Assembly (NCBI GenBank): GCA_035480055.1
Contig: DATIIB010000009.1
Span: 277,068-341,067, forward strand
Direction: 5' to 3'
Source: Candidatus Saccharimonadales bacterium
Lineage (GTDB): Bacteria; Patescibacteriota; Saccharimonadia; Saccharimonadales; DASZAF01
DNA length: 64,000 nt
Of this stretch, positions 45,973-56,111 are shown piece after piece. The position numbers were made by a program, and so were the translations under genes. The notes under the pieces are model-generated. The model did not search any database. It saw nothing but the letters and a program-made list of their open reading frames with translations, and was not told where the DNA came from. How positions within the stretch are numbered: the first letter of the stretch is position 1; each line of letters begins with the position of its first letter.

Positions 45973-46452
45973 ATGGGCAGGCTACCTATACCAGGACAGG
46001 ATTCAGGCACATGGGGAAATATTCTCAACGATTTTCTCAGCCAAACGTTGCAGACGGATGGCACACTTAAGGACGGCATTGTCTCGACGGTCAAGCTTGA
46101 TTCGACGGTTCAAGCGCAGCTGACAACGATCACCAACATCTCGCAGGTAACTGCAACAACTCAGGCAGGCACTACCTATACCTTGGCGCTGGCCGATGCG
46201 GCCACTGCCGTCGAACTCAGCTCCGCCAGTGCGGTCACCGTGACTGTGCCGCCAAATAGTTCGGTGGCTTTCCCGGTTGGAACGGTTATTGAATTACTGC
46301 AGTATGGGTCAGGCACGGTCACCATTGCCCCTGGTGCTGGCGTTACTATTCGGTCTGCAAACAACTTGCTCTCGGCTCGTACTCAATACTCAACGTTATC
46401 ACTGCGCAAGCGGGCAACGAACGAGTGGGTGCTGGCCGGGGACTTGGCATGA
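45973..46452 (+). CDS. hypothetical protein with phage tail-fibre-like N-terminal motif
   Basis: 159 aa. LPIPGQDSGTWGNILNDFL resembles the conserved N-terminal motif of actinophage tail-fibre/minor tail proteins. Thr/Ala/Val-rich beta region. Confidence 0.55.
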   Translation: MGRLPIPGQDSGTWGNILNDFLSQTLQTDGTLKDGIVSTVKLDSTVQAQLTTITNISQVTATTQAGTTYTLALADAATAVELSSASAVTVTVPPNSSVAFPVGTVIELLQYGSGTVTIAPGAGVTIRSANNLLSARTQYSTLSLRKRATNEWVLAGDLA

Positions 46453-47981
46453 TAGGCATCCATAGCAGCCGGCGAATGGCGATCTCTGAACCGGTGCTGC
46501 GGCCTTTGGCTGCTGGCGTTCGGGCTAGCCGTCGCCGCGTTGGTTATTTGGGTTCTGAAGCAGCTTTGACCGTCCTTACCAATGGCGACCCATTGCCGGG
46601 TGGCTGGTCAGCTGTCTGGGACACAGGCTCGCTGGTGGTGAACGGCAACAATGTAGTCATCGATCATTACCTGATTCACGGCTCAGTGGTTTTTCAGGGC
46701 AACAACCCAACCATGACCAATTGTCGAGTGTATTCCAACCCAGGCGATTTTTTTGGCGTAACCATCAATGGGGCAGGGCACGGGGTACTGACCATTTCGG
46801 ACACCAGTGTCATAGGCGATGCCAGCAGTGGCACCGCGCAGGTCAATGGCATTTCGTCGGATTCCGGTTTGATTGCTCGGCGCTGCGACGTGTCGGGAAC
46901 AGGGGATGGCATTCATTTGGTGTCGCAGGCCAGTCAGACCGACGCGATTATTTCGCAGTGTTATGTGCACGACCTCGCATTCGTGGATGAATCGCAACAC
47001 TGTGATGGCATACAGATATTTAATAATACCGGCACGGCAAGCTTCTTTACTGTCGAGCATTGCCGCGTTGAGCAAACACTTTCGACAATTGGCACACCGC
47101 TAAACTCTGCGATGACCTGCGGCACGCCGACCAACGATACAACTCCGCTTGCCACGCCGATCATCAATAATAATCATTTTGAATCTGGCTTGTATCACTT
47201 GCGGCTCAATTACCGTTTGCACAATGGGACCATCACTAATAACGACTTTGGTCCACAATACACCGGCGAATTTGGCATTGTGGATGTCGTTGTGCCAATG
47301 GCAACTTGGAGCAATAACCTCAACTCTGCAGGCGGAACCATTGGTAATCCGAACCCGCTCACCACGCCCGTGGTCAAAGAAGCCATCCAGACTCCCGATA
47401 GCGTCACCACTGCGCAAACGCTTTCTACCACTGCGGGTACAACCTTGGCCGGCGACACCTTGTTGATAATTTATTACAACGATAACAACACCGCACCGCA
47501 GGCCACCAGCACTGCGGGAACGTTAACGCAAATTGGCACCGACGCAGTAGATGGCAACGGCAGCGGCGTCCTTCGGGCATACACCGTGCCAGTGGCAACC
47601 AGCGGAAGTAAGAGCGTGACTTTCCCGGCCTCAAGCGGATTTGATGTCATGGGAGCTGTGCTGGTGTTAAGCGGGCAAATGGAAGTTGAAGGCTTTGTGA
47701 AGACGGCCATCGTCAGCTCAGACACCAACTTTACCATGCCGACCACAACCTTTGCCGGCAGCAAGAACTTGCTAGTAAATCTTGAGATTAGTCGTAGCAC
47801 ATTTGACCTCAGCGGCTCAGGGCTTACCACGCGCGCTGATCCAAAAGCGCCGCCATTCTCGGCGCTCAACGTCAGCAGCGCGGCAATGACCTCGTCGGGA
47901 ACAACGCCAACGTACCATTACACCACCAGCATTTCGGCCAAACCAGGCATGGTGGTGTTTGGATTACAATTCCTGCGATAA
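46449..47981 (+). CDS. right-handed parallel beta-helix repeat protein (pectate-lyase fold, depolymerase-like)
   Basis: ORF 46425..47981. The ATG at 46449 overlaps the upstream stop (ATGA). Repeating NNVVIDHYLIHG.. / NCRVYS.. / ISDTSVIGD.. / RCDVSGTGDGIH.. rungs. Confidence 0.65.
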   Translation: MIGIHSSRRMAISEPVLRPLAAGVRASRRRVGYLGSEAALTVLTNGDPLPGGWSAVWDTGSLVVNGNNVVIDHYLIHGSVVFQGNNPTMTNCRVYSNPGDFFGVTINGAGHGVLTISDTSVIGDASSGTAQVNGISSDSGLIARRCDVSGTGDGIHLVSQASQTDAIISQCYVHDLAFVDESQHCDGIQIFNNTGTASFFTVEHCRVEQTLSTIGTPLNSAMTCGTPTNDTTPLATPIINNNHFESGLYHLRLNYRLHNGTITNNDFGPQYTGEFGIVDVVVPMATWSNNLNSAGGTIGNPNPLTTPVVKEAIQTPDSVTTAQTLSTTAGTTLAGDTLLIIYYNDNNTAPQATSTAGTLTQIGTDAVDGNGSGVLRAYTVPVATSGSKSVTFPASSGFDVMGAVLVLSGQMEVEGFVKTAIVSSDTNFTMPTTTFAGSKNLLVNLEISRSTFDLSGSGLTTRADPKAPPFSALNVSSAAMTSSGTTPTYHYTTSISAKPGMVVFGLQFLR

Positions 47982-48036
47982 CATGTAGCATTTTTGGGTG
48001 TGTTTGGGGTGCCAGTGTTGTATACTTTTAGCTAAG

Positions 48037-49092
48037 ATGGGCAGTACCAAAACACACAAATCATCTCGCCAAAAAATATCTTTCAGGCACCGACATGCCA
48101 GGTTTTTTAAATGGGTAGGGGGCTTTTTGGGCTTCATAGTGATACTGTTCCTGGCCCTCTGGATCGCTTTTAAGGTGAGTCCGTGGCCTGAATCGTTATT
48201 GATTCGTCAAGGCTTTGACAAAAACAACGCCAAGACTGCCAAGGCCTTAACGAAGCACGTTCCCGCAGGTGTCACCCAAATAGAAGACCAGCACTACCGC
48301 ACACATGACCGCGACGCAACCTTGGATGTCTTTTACCCAGAGCACACCGCTACACAACTTCCCACAATCGTCTGGGTGCACGGCGGGGCATGGGTAGCAG
48401 GCAACAAGAATGATGTTGATAGCTACATGGAGATTCTGGCTTCGCATGGCTTTACCACTGTCAGTGTTAATTACACTTTGGCGCCCGAAAAACAATATCC
48501 CACGCCCATAATTCAGCTCAACGACGCATTGAACTACCTTATCCAAAACGCCCAAAGGCTCCACGTCGACAACGGCCGCATTGTCCTCGCTGGTGATTCT
48601 GCAGGCTCACAAATTACCGCGCAAATGGCAAACATCATCACCAGCCCATCTTACGCCAACGAGATTGGCATCCAGCCACATCTTCCAGCCAACGATCTAA
48701 AGGGCGTATTGCTGAACTGTGGCGCATACGATTTGGCCTTGCCTGATTACAATGGCGTGTTTGGGAAGTTCCTGCACACTGTGCTATGGGCCTACTCGGG
48801 CACCAAAAACTTCCTGAACGATCCAAAGCTCAAAACCGCTTCAGTGGCCAACTACGTCACACCGCATTTCCCACCAGCCTTTATTACCGCTGGCAATATC
48901 GATCCGCTCCTCGCGCAATCCACCGAGTTTGCCCAAAGACTGCAAGCCCAGGGCGTGCCAACCACCACACTTTTCTATCCTGCCAGCCATCAGCCTGAGC
49001 TCAATCATGAGTACCAGTTCGACCTCGACACCACCGACGGCCAACACGCGTTGCAGCAGATGGTGAGCTTTGTGCAGCAGCGGACGCAGTAA
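48037..49092 (+). CDS. alpha/beta hydrolase (esterase/lipase, HSL-like fold-3 family)
   Basis: ORF 47998..49092. TM anchor, VWVHGGAW oxyanion motif and nucleophile elbow GDSAGS. Confidence 0.8.
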   Translation: MGSTKTHKSSRQKISFRHRHARFFKWVGGFLGFIVILFLALWIAFKVSPWPESLLIRQGFDKNNAKTAKALTKHVPAGVTQIEDQHYRTHDRDATLDVFYPEHTATQLPTIVWVHGGAWVAGNKNDVDSYMEILASHGFTTVSVNYTLAPEKQYPTPIIQLNDALNYLIQNAQRLHVDNGRIVLAGDSAGSQITAQMANIITSPSYANEIGIQPHLPANDLKGVLLNCGAYDLALPDYNGVFGKFLHTVLWAYSGTKNFLNDPKLKTASVANYVTPHFPPAFITAGNIDPLLAQSTEFAQRLQAQGVPTTTLFYPASHQPELNHEYQFDLDTTDGQHALQQMVSFVQQRTQ

Positions 49093-49201
49093 TGTTAGCC
49101 CTGGCATCCACCTGAGACTGTTGTACAATTAATGTCATGAGTTTAGTTATTTCGGTGGTCGGAAATACCTACCTACACAACGTAAACGACTCCGGGCACG
49201 A

Positions 49202-50503
49202 ATGAGCGCGGTCGCGCAACCTGGCCCTTCGTTGACTATTGCCACACAGCGGCAGCTGTCTATTGTGAATCTTTTTTCGGCACTCGCGTTTCTGTCTTTA
49301 GCTCTCTTTGGCTTGTTAGAGATTTACGCCGAGCACAAACAGCAACTTGGCCTGATTGAACTGGCAGGCAGTGGAGCGGTTGCCTTGAATGTCATAGGAC
49401 TTCGAGTCACTCGCAACGTTGATCTGGCCCGCGACCTTTTATTGCTCTCGATTCTGTCTTTTTTGCTCGTGATGCTCGTGAGCGGCGGCACTCAGGGAAC
49501 CGGCATTTTTTGGTATTTTGTGTTCCCGGTGAGCGCTTTTTTTCTGGCTGGCAAAAAGCGGGGTGCCTATTGGATGCTCGCGTTAGTCAGCGCCACGTTG
49601 GTGCTGGGTGGTTTGGCAAGCCAGCATAAAATTGTCGTTCCGTATAGTTTTGTGGTTGTTCGCCAGCTCATGGTCAGTGTGTCAATCGTGGCCATTGGTA
49701 TTTACGCGTATGAACAAGCGCGCGAGAAAGCCGAGCAGCAAATATATAAAGAACGTATCGCGCTCGACACCGCCAAGAACGAATTTTTGGCGCTCGCTTC
49801 ACACCAGCTGCGAACGCCAATTTCGGCAATCTCCTGGTTTACCGAAATGCTCTTGCACGGCGATGCCGGCACACTCAACGATACACAGCAAGACTATATT
49901 ACTCAGGTCTACCAAAGTAATCAGCGCTCAGCTGCGATTGTGGATGCGATCATTACCGTGTCCAGCCTTCAGACCGGCACGCTGGCCACGCATCTTGAGC
50001 CGATAGACCTGGTGGTATTGTGTCGGCGAGTCGTCCGTGACCAAAAGAAGGGCATGCCGCAAGCCGAAGAGGTTCATATTACCGAGCATTACACTCCCAA
50101 CCTACCAACCGTACATGGCGATGCTGCGCTGATGCGCATTATTGTAAAAAATCTATTCTCCAACGCGCTCAAATACACGCCCTCTGGCGGTAACGTCACA
50201 GTGACGGTAGATAAAGTCAAGGATGCGCTGACGGTCACAAGCCGCGGTAGTTTGCGCATTACCGTGGCCGACACCGGATATGGCATTCCCAAAAGTCAGC
50301 AACCTAAAATCTTTGCCAAGCTTTTTCGGGCAACCAACATCAAGGCCAAAGACACCGATGGAACTGGCTTAGGGCTGTACATTGTCAAAGCCATTCTGAC
50401 CCAAGTCGGTGGCCGAATCAGTTTTGTGTCTGAAGAAAATAAGGGCAGTACATTCACCGTGTTACTCCCGCTTGAAGGAATGCATCCGAAAGGTAAAAAA
50501 TAA
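49202..50503 (+). CDS. membrane sensor histidine kinase (polytopic N-terminal domain)
   Basis: 433 aa with ~5-6 TM helices. H-box LASHQLRTPISAI, N-box NLFSNALKYT, DTGYGIP and GTGLGL. Confidence 0.9.
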   Translation: MSAVAQPGPSLTIATQRQLSIVNLFSALAFLSLALFGLLEIYAEHKQQLGLIELAGSGAVALNVIGLRVTRNVDLARDLLLLSILSFLLVMLVSGGTQGTGIFWYFVFPVSAFFLAGKKRGAYWMLALVSATLVLGGLASQHKIVVPYSFVVVRQLMVSVSIVAIGIYAYEQAREKAEQQIYKERIALDTAKNEFLALASHQLRTPISAISWFTEMLLHGDAGTLNDTQQDYITQVYQSNQRSAAIVDAIITVSSLQTGTLATHLEPIDLVVLCRRVVRDQKKGMPQAEEVHITEHYTPNLPTVHGDAALMRIIVKNLFSNALKYTPSGGNVTVTVDKVKDALTVTSRGSLRITVADTGYGIPKSQQPKIFAKLFRATNIKAKDTDGTGLGLYIVKAILTQVGGRISFVSEENKGSTFTVLLPLEGMHPKGKK

Positions 50504-50505
50504 CT

Positions 50506-52419
50506 ATGACACATATTATTAGAGACTCATCACTCAACCTCAAACTCATCGCGAGCTTTTTATGTATCGCGGTGCTCTTTAGCGGCGCAGGCTACTACGA
50601 AGTCGGGGCGATACGGCATTTTAATGCACTGTTTGTGGATTTGATTGACAATGATTTCGCACGGCTCAACGCCCTTGAAGATGTGGAACTTTCCAGTGTT
50701 AAACTGCGCAACGAACGAGGCGATTATCAACGAGTAGTAACTTCTCATGGAGCCGATGCCGCGGCGCAAAAAGCAGCAGTGCTTACTCAGGCTAACGACC
50801 TTAAAAGCAAACTGCAGGCCTACCTTGAGTTGATCAAGACTGATAATCCCAACGTTTCTGCCCAAACTATCGCCACCATTACCGACCAAAGCAACACCAT
50901 TATCAAAGATACGCTGGCAATTGTGAACGGAGACACCACGACCAAAACTCAGAACGACCTGACCGCTGCGCAAACAGAGGCCAGCCAAGCGATTGCGACC
51001 GCCATAGTGGCAGATAAACGTGGCGCGGATCGCGAAGACAGCAACATTGACCACACGGTGCGTAATCTCAACTGGTCGATCCTGGGCTTGGCAATCCTTC
51101 CGCCGATCTTTGCTGTGGTAATTGGCGCCAGCATTGCTGCCTGGCTTTCGCGGTCACTTGCACGGCTGCGGGCAGCGGCAAACCGCATTGCCAATGGCGA
51201 CTTTACACAAACCATTCCGGCAACTGGTCATGACGAGATAGGGGAGCTTGGTGCATCATTTAACCGCATGGCCGAGCGGCTCAAAGATTCCTACCACCGA
51301 CTCGCACTCGAAAAACAGCGCGACGCAGCCATGCTCGAAAGCATGGGTGAGGGAATGATTGCCACCGACAGCCACGGCACGATTGTGGCGGTCAATAAGG
51401 TAGCAGCGCAATTACTTAATTTTACTGATGTGAATGCTGCCGTCGGCAAGCCTATCCACCACGTGTACGAACTGTACGACCTGGATGACAAAGCCAGCAA
51501 GCCATTACCTGCCGAGCAGCGGCCCAGCTTTATGGCGCTCTCCAGCGGCAAACAAGTGGAAAACGTGTTTGGGTTTTATGCCCCTGATAAAAGAAAACAT
51601 CAGCTCAACATCACCGCCAACCCTGTAAAGCTCGACGGCCAAGTGGTCGGCGTGATCACCATCCTCCGCGATGTCACCAAAGAAAAAGAGGTGGATCGCA
51701 TGAAGACAGAATTCATTTCACTGGCTTCACACCAGCTGCGGACTCCGCTCTCGGCTATCAAATGGTTTAGCGAGATGTTGGTTTCGGGCGATGCCGGCCA
51801 ATTGCAACCCGAGCAACTTGATTTTGCCAAAAACATTGCCGACTCGACCGAACGCATGATCGCGCTGGTAAACGCCTTGCTCAATATTTCGCGGATTGAA
51901 TCGGGCCGGATTATGGTTGACCCGAAGCCGACTGATCTCCGAGAATTAGTCAGCGGCATCACCAATGACCTTAAAGCCAAGACCGAAGAAAAACAGCAAA
52001 CGTTGATCATCAGCGTACATGAAGATCTCCCAAAGATTAACCTCGATCCGCGCTTGATCGGACAGGTCTATCTCAACCTACTTACCAACGCCGTTAAGTA
52101 CACGCCCAAAGGCGGTGAAATCTCGGTGTTTATCTCTAAAAAAGGCGATGATGTCATCTCTCAGGTTACTGATAATGGCTACGGCATTCCCAAAGATCAG
52201 CAAGGGCGAATCTTTGAGAAGTTCTTCCGTGCCGCCAATGCAGTTAAGGTGGAAACCGATGGCACGGGGCTGGGATTATACCTCATTAAAGCCGTTATTG
52301 AATCTTCCGGCGGTAAAATTTGGTTCAAAAGCGAAGAAGGGAAGGGTACCACCTTTTGGTTTAGCATTCCTTTAAGCGGCATGCAGCGCAAGGAAGGGGA
52401 GGTGACTCTGGATGCATAA
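50506..52419 (+). CDS. sensor histidine kinase with extracytoplasmic domain, HAMP and PAS
   Basis: 637 aa. Two TM helices, HAMP (RIANGDFTQTIPATGHDEIGELGASFNRMAERL), a PAS-like segment, H-box LASHQLRTPLSAI and an HATPase_c domain. The H-box region is paralogous to that of 49202..50503. Confidence 0.9.
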   Translation: MTHIIRDSSLNLKLIASFLCIAVLFSGAGYYEVGAIRHFNALFVDLIDNDFARLNALEDVELSSVKLRNERGDYQRVVTSHGADAAAQKAAVLTQANDLKSKLQAYLELIKTDNPNVSAQTIATITDQSNTIIKDTLAIVNGDTTTKTQNDLTAAQTEASQAIATAIVADKRGADREDSNIDHTVRNLNWSILGLAILPPIFAVVIGASIAAWLSRSLARLRAAANRIANGDFTQTIPATGHDEIGELGASFNRMAERLKDSYHRLALEKQRDAAMLESMGEGMIATDSHGTIVAVNKVAAQLLNFTDVNAAVGKPIHHVYELYDLDDKASKPLPAEQRPSFMALSSGKQVENVFGFYAPDKRKHQLNITANPVKLDGQVVGVITILRDVTKEKEVDRMKTEFISLASHQLRTPLSAIKWFSEMLVSGDAGQLQPEQLDFAKNIADSTERMIALVNALLNISRIESGRIMVDPKPTDLRELVSGITNDLKAKTEEKQQTLIISVHEDLPKINLDPRLIGQVYLNLLTNAVKYTPKGGEISVFISKKGDDVISQVTDNGYGIPKDQQGRIFEKFFRAANAVKVETDGTGLGLYLIKAVIESSGGKIWFKSEEGKGTTFWFSIPLSGMQRKEGEVTLDA

Positions 52420-52443
52420 TAAAGAAGTAGAGGAGAATGAAGT

Positions 52444-53241
52444 ATGAAACGAGGGCAGACCATATTTCTGGCCGCAATAGTGATTGCCATCATTGTTGGA
52501 GTAGTAGTAACCTTATTGCCAGTGCCTGCGGCATGGCAGGGAAGTTCGGCTGAATTCCATTTTCCTGTGGCAGCTTATTCAAGTATGGCCTGTTTGCACA
52601 TTGGCGCGGTGCTGCTTTTTCTGATGGGCCTTAGCGTCTACAAAGCACAGCTGCGCCGAGCATACGTAATGATTTCCATCGGCATTGTGGCAGTGGCCCT
52701 TGGCACCTTGCAGATCTCGCTGCTCAGCGGACTTGACGCTCTCGACAGCGGCTGGTCGAAAAATGGCGGCGCGGTTGTGCCATTTGTGCTCTCGAGTTTA
52801 TTACTTTATTTAGGGATTCGTTCGTTCGCCAAACTTGTAGGGCTGCGTAACCTCTTTACTCGATCTGGTATCGTACTGCCTGTGGTTATTGTGCTTTGTG
52901 GCGCGACCGCCTTTTTGCCGCATGTTCATGTAACCACCACCGAGATAGGCTTTGATGTTGGCAGCGGGATTAGCACATGGGATGCTTTGCTGACCTTGGT
53001 CTCGCTGCTCCTTATGCTGCAAGTCAGAAAGCACATCGGTGCGCACTACACGCAGGCCATGACCTGGCTGGTTCTGCCGCTTTTTACCAGCTTCTTGATA
53101 TTAACTGTTGAACTCGTCCATAGCTTTTTCGCCACCAGCACTACGGATTTGCTGAGCACAATGGTCACCGCATCGACCATTATCTCTGGTCTCCTGTGGC
53201 TGCGTGCGGGCTATGCATTTGCCCAAACAACGGAGTATTAA
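52444..53241 (+). CDS. hypothetical polytopic membrane protein (~7 TM)
   Basis: 265 aa with GAGGAG RBS. Hydrophobic helices throughout and no recognised family. Confidence 0.6.
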   Translation: MKRGQTIFLAAIVIAIIVGVVVTLLPVPAAWQGSSAEFHFPVAAYSSMACLHIGAVLLFLMGLSVYKAQLRRAYVMISIGIVAVALGTLQISLLSGLDALDSGWSKNGGAVVPFVLSSLLLYLGIRSFAKLVGLRNLFTRSGIVLPVVIVLCGATAFLPHVHVTTTEIGFDVGSGISTWDALLTLVSLLLMLQVRKHIGAHYTQAMTWLVLPLFTSFLILTVELVHSFFATSTTDLLSTMVTASTIISGLLWLRAGYAFAQTTEY

Positions 53242-53244
53242 GCC

Positions 53245-53589
53245 ATGTCATTTTTGAAATCCCTATTTGGGCAACAACCAGCCACAGCCACCCAGGTGCG
53301 CAGCGTACTAGACATGGTGGCGCTGACCGCCAGTTTAGCCTCGAACCCTACGGAGATCGATCCGCTACTCGACAAAATGCGGGCGATTACGGCCAACTTG
53401 GCACCTGGCCAAGCGCCCTCGCCGCGCGACACCGAGGCCTTGCTCGCCATCTACCTTCAGCTTGAGCAGTATATGACGACCAAAGAGCCACTTCGTACCT
53501 TTACCAAAGAGGAATTGCGGAGCCGGTTGACCTTGGAGCTCCGCCAACAGCTCGAGACGTTCGAAACTAACTCAAAGAGAGGAGCCTAG
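53245..53589 (+). CDS. hypothetical small helical protein
   Basis: 114 aa, starting 4 nt after the upstream stop. No motif recognised. Confidence 0.5.
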   Translation: MSFLKSLFGQQPATATQVRSVLDMVALTASLASNPTEIDPLLDKMRAITANLAPGQAPSPRDTEALLAIYLQLEQYMTTKEPLRTFTKEELRSRLTLELRQQLETFETNSKRGA

Positions 53590-53604
53590 CGCTGCCAGCG
53601 GCAA

Positions 53605-53613
53605 TGCTACAAT
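53605..53613 (+). promoter_or_regulatory. extended -10 promoter TGcTACAAT 6 nt upstream of the receiver gene ATG (leaderless-type)
   Basis: gcaaTGCTACAATacgtatATG. Confidence 0.5.
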
Positions 53614-53619
53614 ACGTAT

Positions 53620-54027
53620 ATGTCAAAAGAACACCCTACAATTATGGTCGTAGAGGACGAAACACTCCTCCTTCAAGCAATCACCAAAAAACTGAAGCTT
53701 TCCGGTATGGATGTGCTGTCCTGCGCCAGCGGGCAACAGGCAGTCGACTACCTGGGGAATCTGGACGAACTGCCCGACGCGATTTGGCTCGACTACTATC
53801 TTAAAGATATGAACGGCCTGGCCTTCATGCAGGAACTCAAGCAAAATCCTAAATGGGCAGACCTCCCGGTACTGGTAGTCAGTAACTCCGCAAGCCCAGA
53901 CAAAGTAAGCAACATGCTGGGGCTGGGAGCAAAAAAATATATCCTTAAAGCCGAATATCGTCTGGACGAAATCATTGCCATGATTCGCGACTTCATTAAC
54001 GATAGCACCCCGCCAACCGAGCAGTAG
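53620..54027 (+). CDS. stand-alone response regulator receiver protein (CheY-like)
   Basis: 135 aa. IMVVEDE, WLDYYLKDMNG and K in YILKAEY. No output domain. Confidence 0.85.
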   Translation: MSKEHPTIMVVEDETLLLQAITKKLKLSGMDVLSCASGQQAVDYLGNLDELPDAIWLDYYLKDMNGLAFMQELKQNPKWADLPVLVVSNSASPDKVSNMLGLGAKKYILKAEYRLDEIIAMIRDFINDSTPPTEQ

Positions 54028-54066
54028 CCAGGTCTATGCTACAATAAAAAGAACAAGGGAAGAGAT

Positions 54067-54432
54067 ATGCCTGATACTCAGAAACGCGTCTTAGTTGTAG
54101 AAGATGAGAAGCCGCTTGCTCATGCGTTAGAGTTAAAGCTGCAGCATGAAGGCTTTAGCGTAACCCTCGCAAGCAACGGGCAAGAATGCATCGATCTTCT
54201 TCATACACAATGGTTTGACGTGCTGTTGCTCGACCTGATTATGCCTGTGCTGGATGGCTTTCAAGTACTGGAGCGTCTAAAAACCATGTCTCCCAAGCCA
54301 GCCATTTTTGTGCTTTCCAACCTCAGCCAACATGAAGACGAACAACGTGTCCTCCAGCTTGGAGCCCGCAAGTTCTTTATCAAATCCGACACTCCCTTGA
54401 CCGCCATTGTTGAAGAAATTAAGAAAACGTAA
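54067..54432 (+). CDS. stand-alone response regulator receiver protein (CheY-like)
   Basis: 121 aa. VLVVEDE, LLDLIMPVLDG and FFIKSD. TGcTACAAT promoter and AAGGGAAGAG RBS upstream. Confidence 0.85.
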   Translation: MPDTQKRVLVVEDEKPLAHALELKLQHEGFSVTLASNGQECIDLLHTQWFDVLLLDLIMPVLDGFQVLERLKTMSPKPAIFVLSNLSQHEDEQRVLQLGARKFFIKSDTPLTAIVEEIKKT

Positions 54433-54455
54433 GAGCCATACGAGTGGGTGGGGCC

Positions 54456-56111
54456 ATGTATCCGAGTATCGACAAAATCAAGGCAGTTCTCCTCAAGGGA
54501 AGTTACATTTCCGAATCTGATAGCAACGCTGCCGAAAAAGCGTCGCATGATAGCCTGAGCTATATCGATTATCTCATTCGCTCCGAGCTTTTGAGCAAAT
54601 CGCTGCTGGGCCAAGCCTTGGCTGAAGATTATAAGCTCTCGTTTGCCGATCTCGAAGCTCATCCTATCTCTAAGGAAAACCTGGCGCTCATTCCCGAAGA
54701 AACCGCCCGAACATTGCGAGTGGTGGTGGTAAAAAGCACCGACGATAGCGTTCTGCTGGCGACCGACACACCCGAAGGAGTGACCGCCCAAAAGCTTCGA
54801 CCGTTCTTTGGCACTAAAAAATTATTGTTAGCTTACACGCTGCCAGAGTATATTAACGCCAGCTTTGCCTTGTACGAACAACCACTGGCCACGCGATTCT
54901 CGCGCATTATCGAAAGCAGCAACCGCGTCGCACCCGAAATTGTCGACGAAATCGTGAAAGACGCCATCTCGTTCCGAGCGTCTGATATTCACTTTGAACC
55001 CCAGGCTGATACTGTGATCGTCCGTTTCCGCGTTGATGGCACGCTGCGCGAAGCCGGCACTTTGCCCAAAGAGTATTACGATAACATTCTTAACCGAGTG
55101 AAGGTTGAGAGCGGCATGCGCATTGACGAGCACCAAGCAGCCCAAGATGGTGCCATCCAACGGCACGGCGAAGGCTATAGCACCGACCTGCGCGTCTCAC
55201 TGGTGCCCACGGTCAATGGCGAGAAGGTTGTCATGCGAGTGCTCAGCTCGTACATCCAAAGCCTTAATCTTTCCGACATTGGCCTGGATAATGCGCACCG
55301 CGAAATGGTTGAAGCCTATGCCTCCAAACCATTTGGGATGATTCTGACCACCGGCCCAACCGGCTCAGGAAAAACCACCACCTTGTACGCGCTCTTAAAA
55401 CTGCTCAACCGCTCGAACGTCAACGTCACAACCATTGAAGATCCGGTGGAATATAAGATGGCGGGCGTGAACCAGATTCAAGTTCGTGAGCAAACCAACA
55501 TGACCTTTGCCAAAGGCTTGCGGGCGATCGTGCGCCAAGATCCCGATATTATTCTGGTGGGGGAGATTCGTGACCGCGAAACTGCGGAGATTTCGGTCAA
55601 TGCGGCGCTGACCGGGCACATTCTGCTTTCTACTTTTCATGCCAACGATGCCGCAACCGCCATTCCGCGCTTGGTCGAAATGGGCATTGAACCTTTCTTG
55701 CTCGCCTCAACGCTTGAGGTGGTTATTGCCCAACGACTGGTGCGCAAAATATGCAGCAATTGCCGCCACAGCATTCCAGCTAGCGAAGCGCTGAAGAGTG
55801 TCAAAGCGCCGGGCGTGGACCTGACGCAGTATCTCCATCCCACTGACACCGTGTATGCCGGGAAAGGCTGCAATGTCTGCAGCGGGTCAGGGTATCAAGG
55901 GCGCATGGCGTTATTCCAATTCATTGAGATCACCCCCGAGATGCAAGAGCTCATTCTTCATGAACCCTCCACGCGCGAAATCGAAACCCTGGCTCGCACC
56001 CAAGGAAGCGTCCCAATGTTTGACGATGGCTTACAAAAGGTCAGAAATGGCATCACCACCATCAGCGAAGTTATCCGCGTCGTGCCACCACCTAAGGACA
56101 AAAAAACCTGA
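54456..56111 (+). CDS. pilB: type IV pilus assembly ATPase PilB (GspE family)
   Basis: ORF 54444..56111. Walker A GPTGSGKTT, Asp box, Walker B ILVGEIRD, His box and a tetracysteine motif CSNC...CNVC. Confidence 0.92.
   Translation: MYPSIDKIKAVLLKGSYISESDSNAAEKASHDSLSYIDYLIRSELLSKSLLGQALAEDYKLSFADLEAHPISKENLALIPEETARTLRVVVVKSTDDSVLLATDTPEGVTAQKLRPFFGTKKLLLAYTLPEYINASFALYEQPLATRFSRIIESSNRVAPEIVDEIVKDAISFRASDIHFEPQADTVIVRFRVDGTLREAGTLPKEYYDNILNRVKVESGMRIDEHQAAQDGAIQRHGEGYSTDLRVSLVPTVNGEKVVMRVLSSYIQSLNLSDIGLDNAHREMVEAYASKPFGMILTTGPTGSGKTTTLYALLKLLNRSNVNVTTIEDPVEYKMAGVNQIQVREQTNMTFAKGLRAIVRQDPDIILVGEIRDRETAEISVNAALTGHILLSTFHANDAATAIPRLVEMGIEPFLLASTLEVVIAQRLVRKICSNCRHSIPASEALKSVKAPGVDLTQYLHPTDTVYAGKGCNVCSGSGYQGRMALFQFIEITPEMQELILHEPSTREIETLARTQGSVPMFDDGLQKVRNGITTISEVIRVVPPPKDKKT

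Noticed and set aside
47985-48015. Possible attR: gtttggggtgccagtg resembling the tRNA-Glu 3' end (cgtggggtcacca)
   Set aside because: Only about 9 scattered identical positions match, too weak to call a direct repeat. No island boundary is claimed here.
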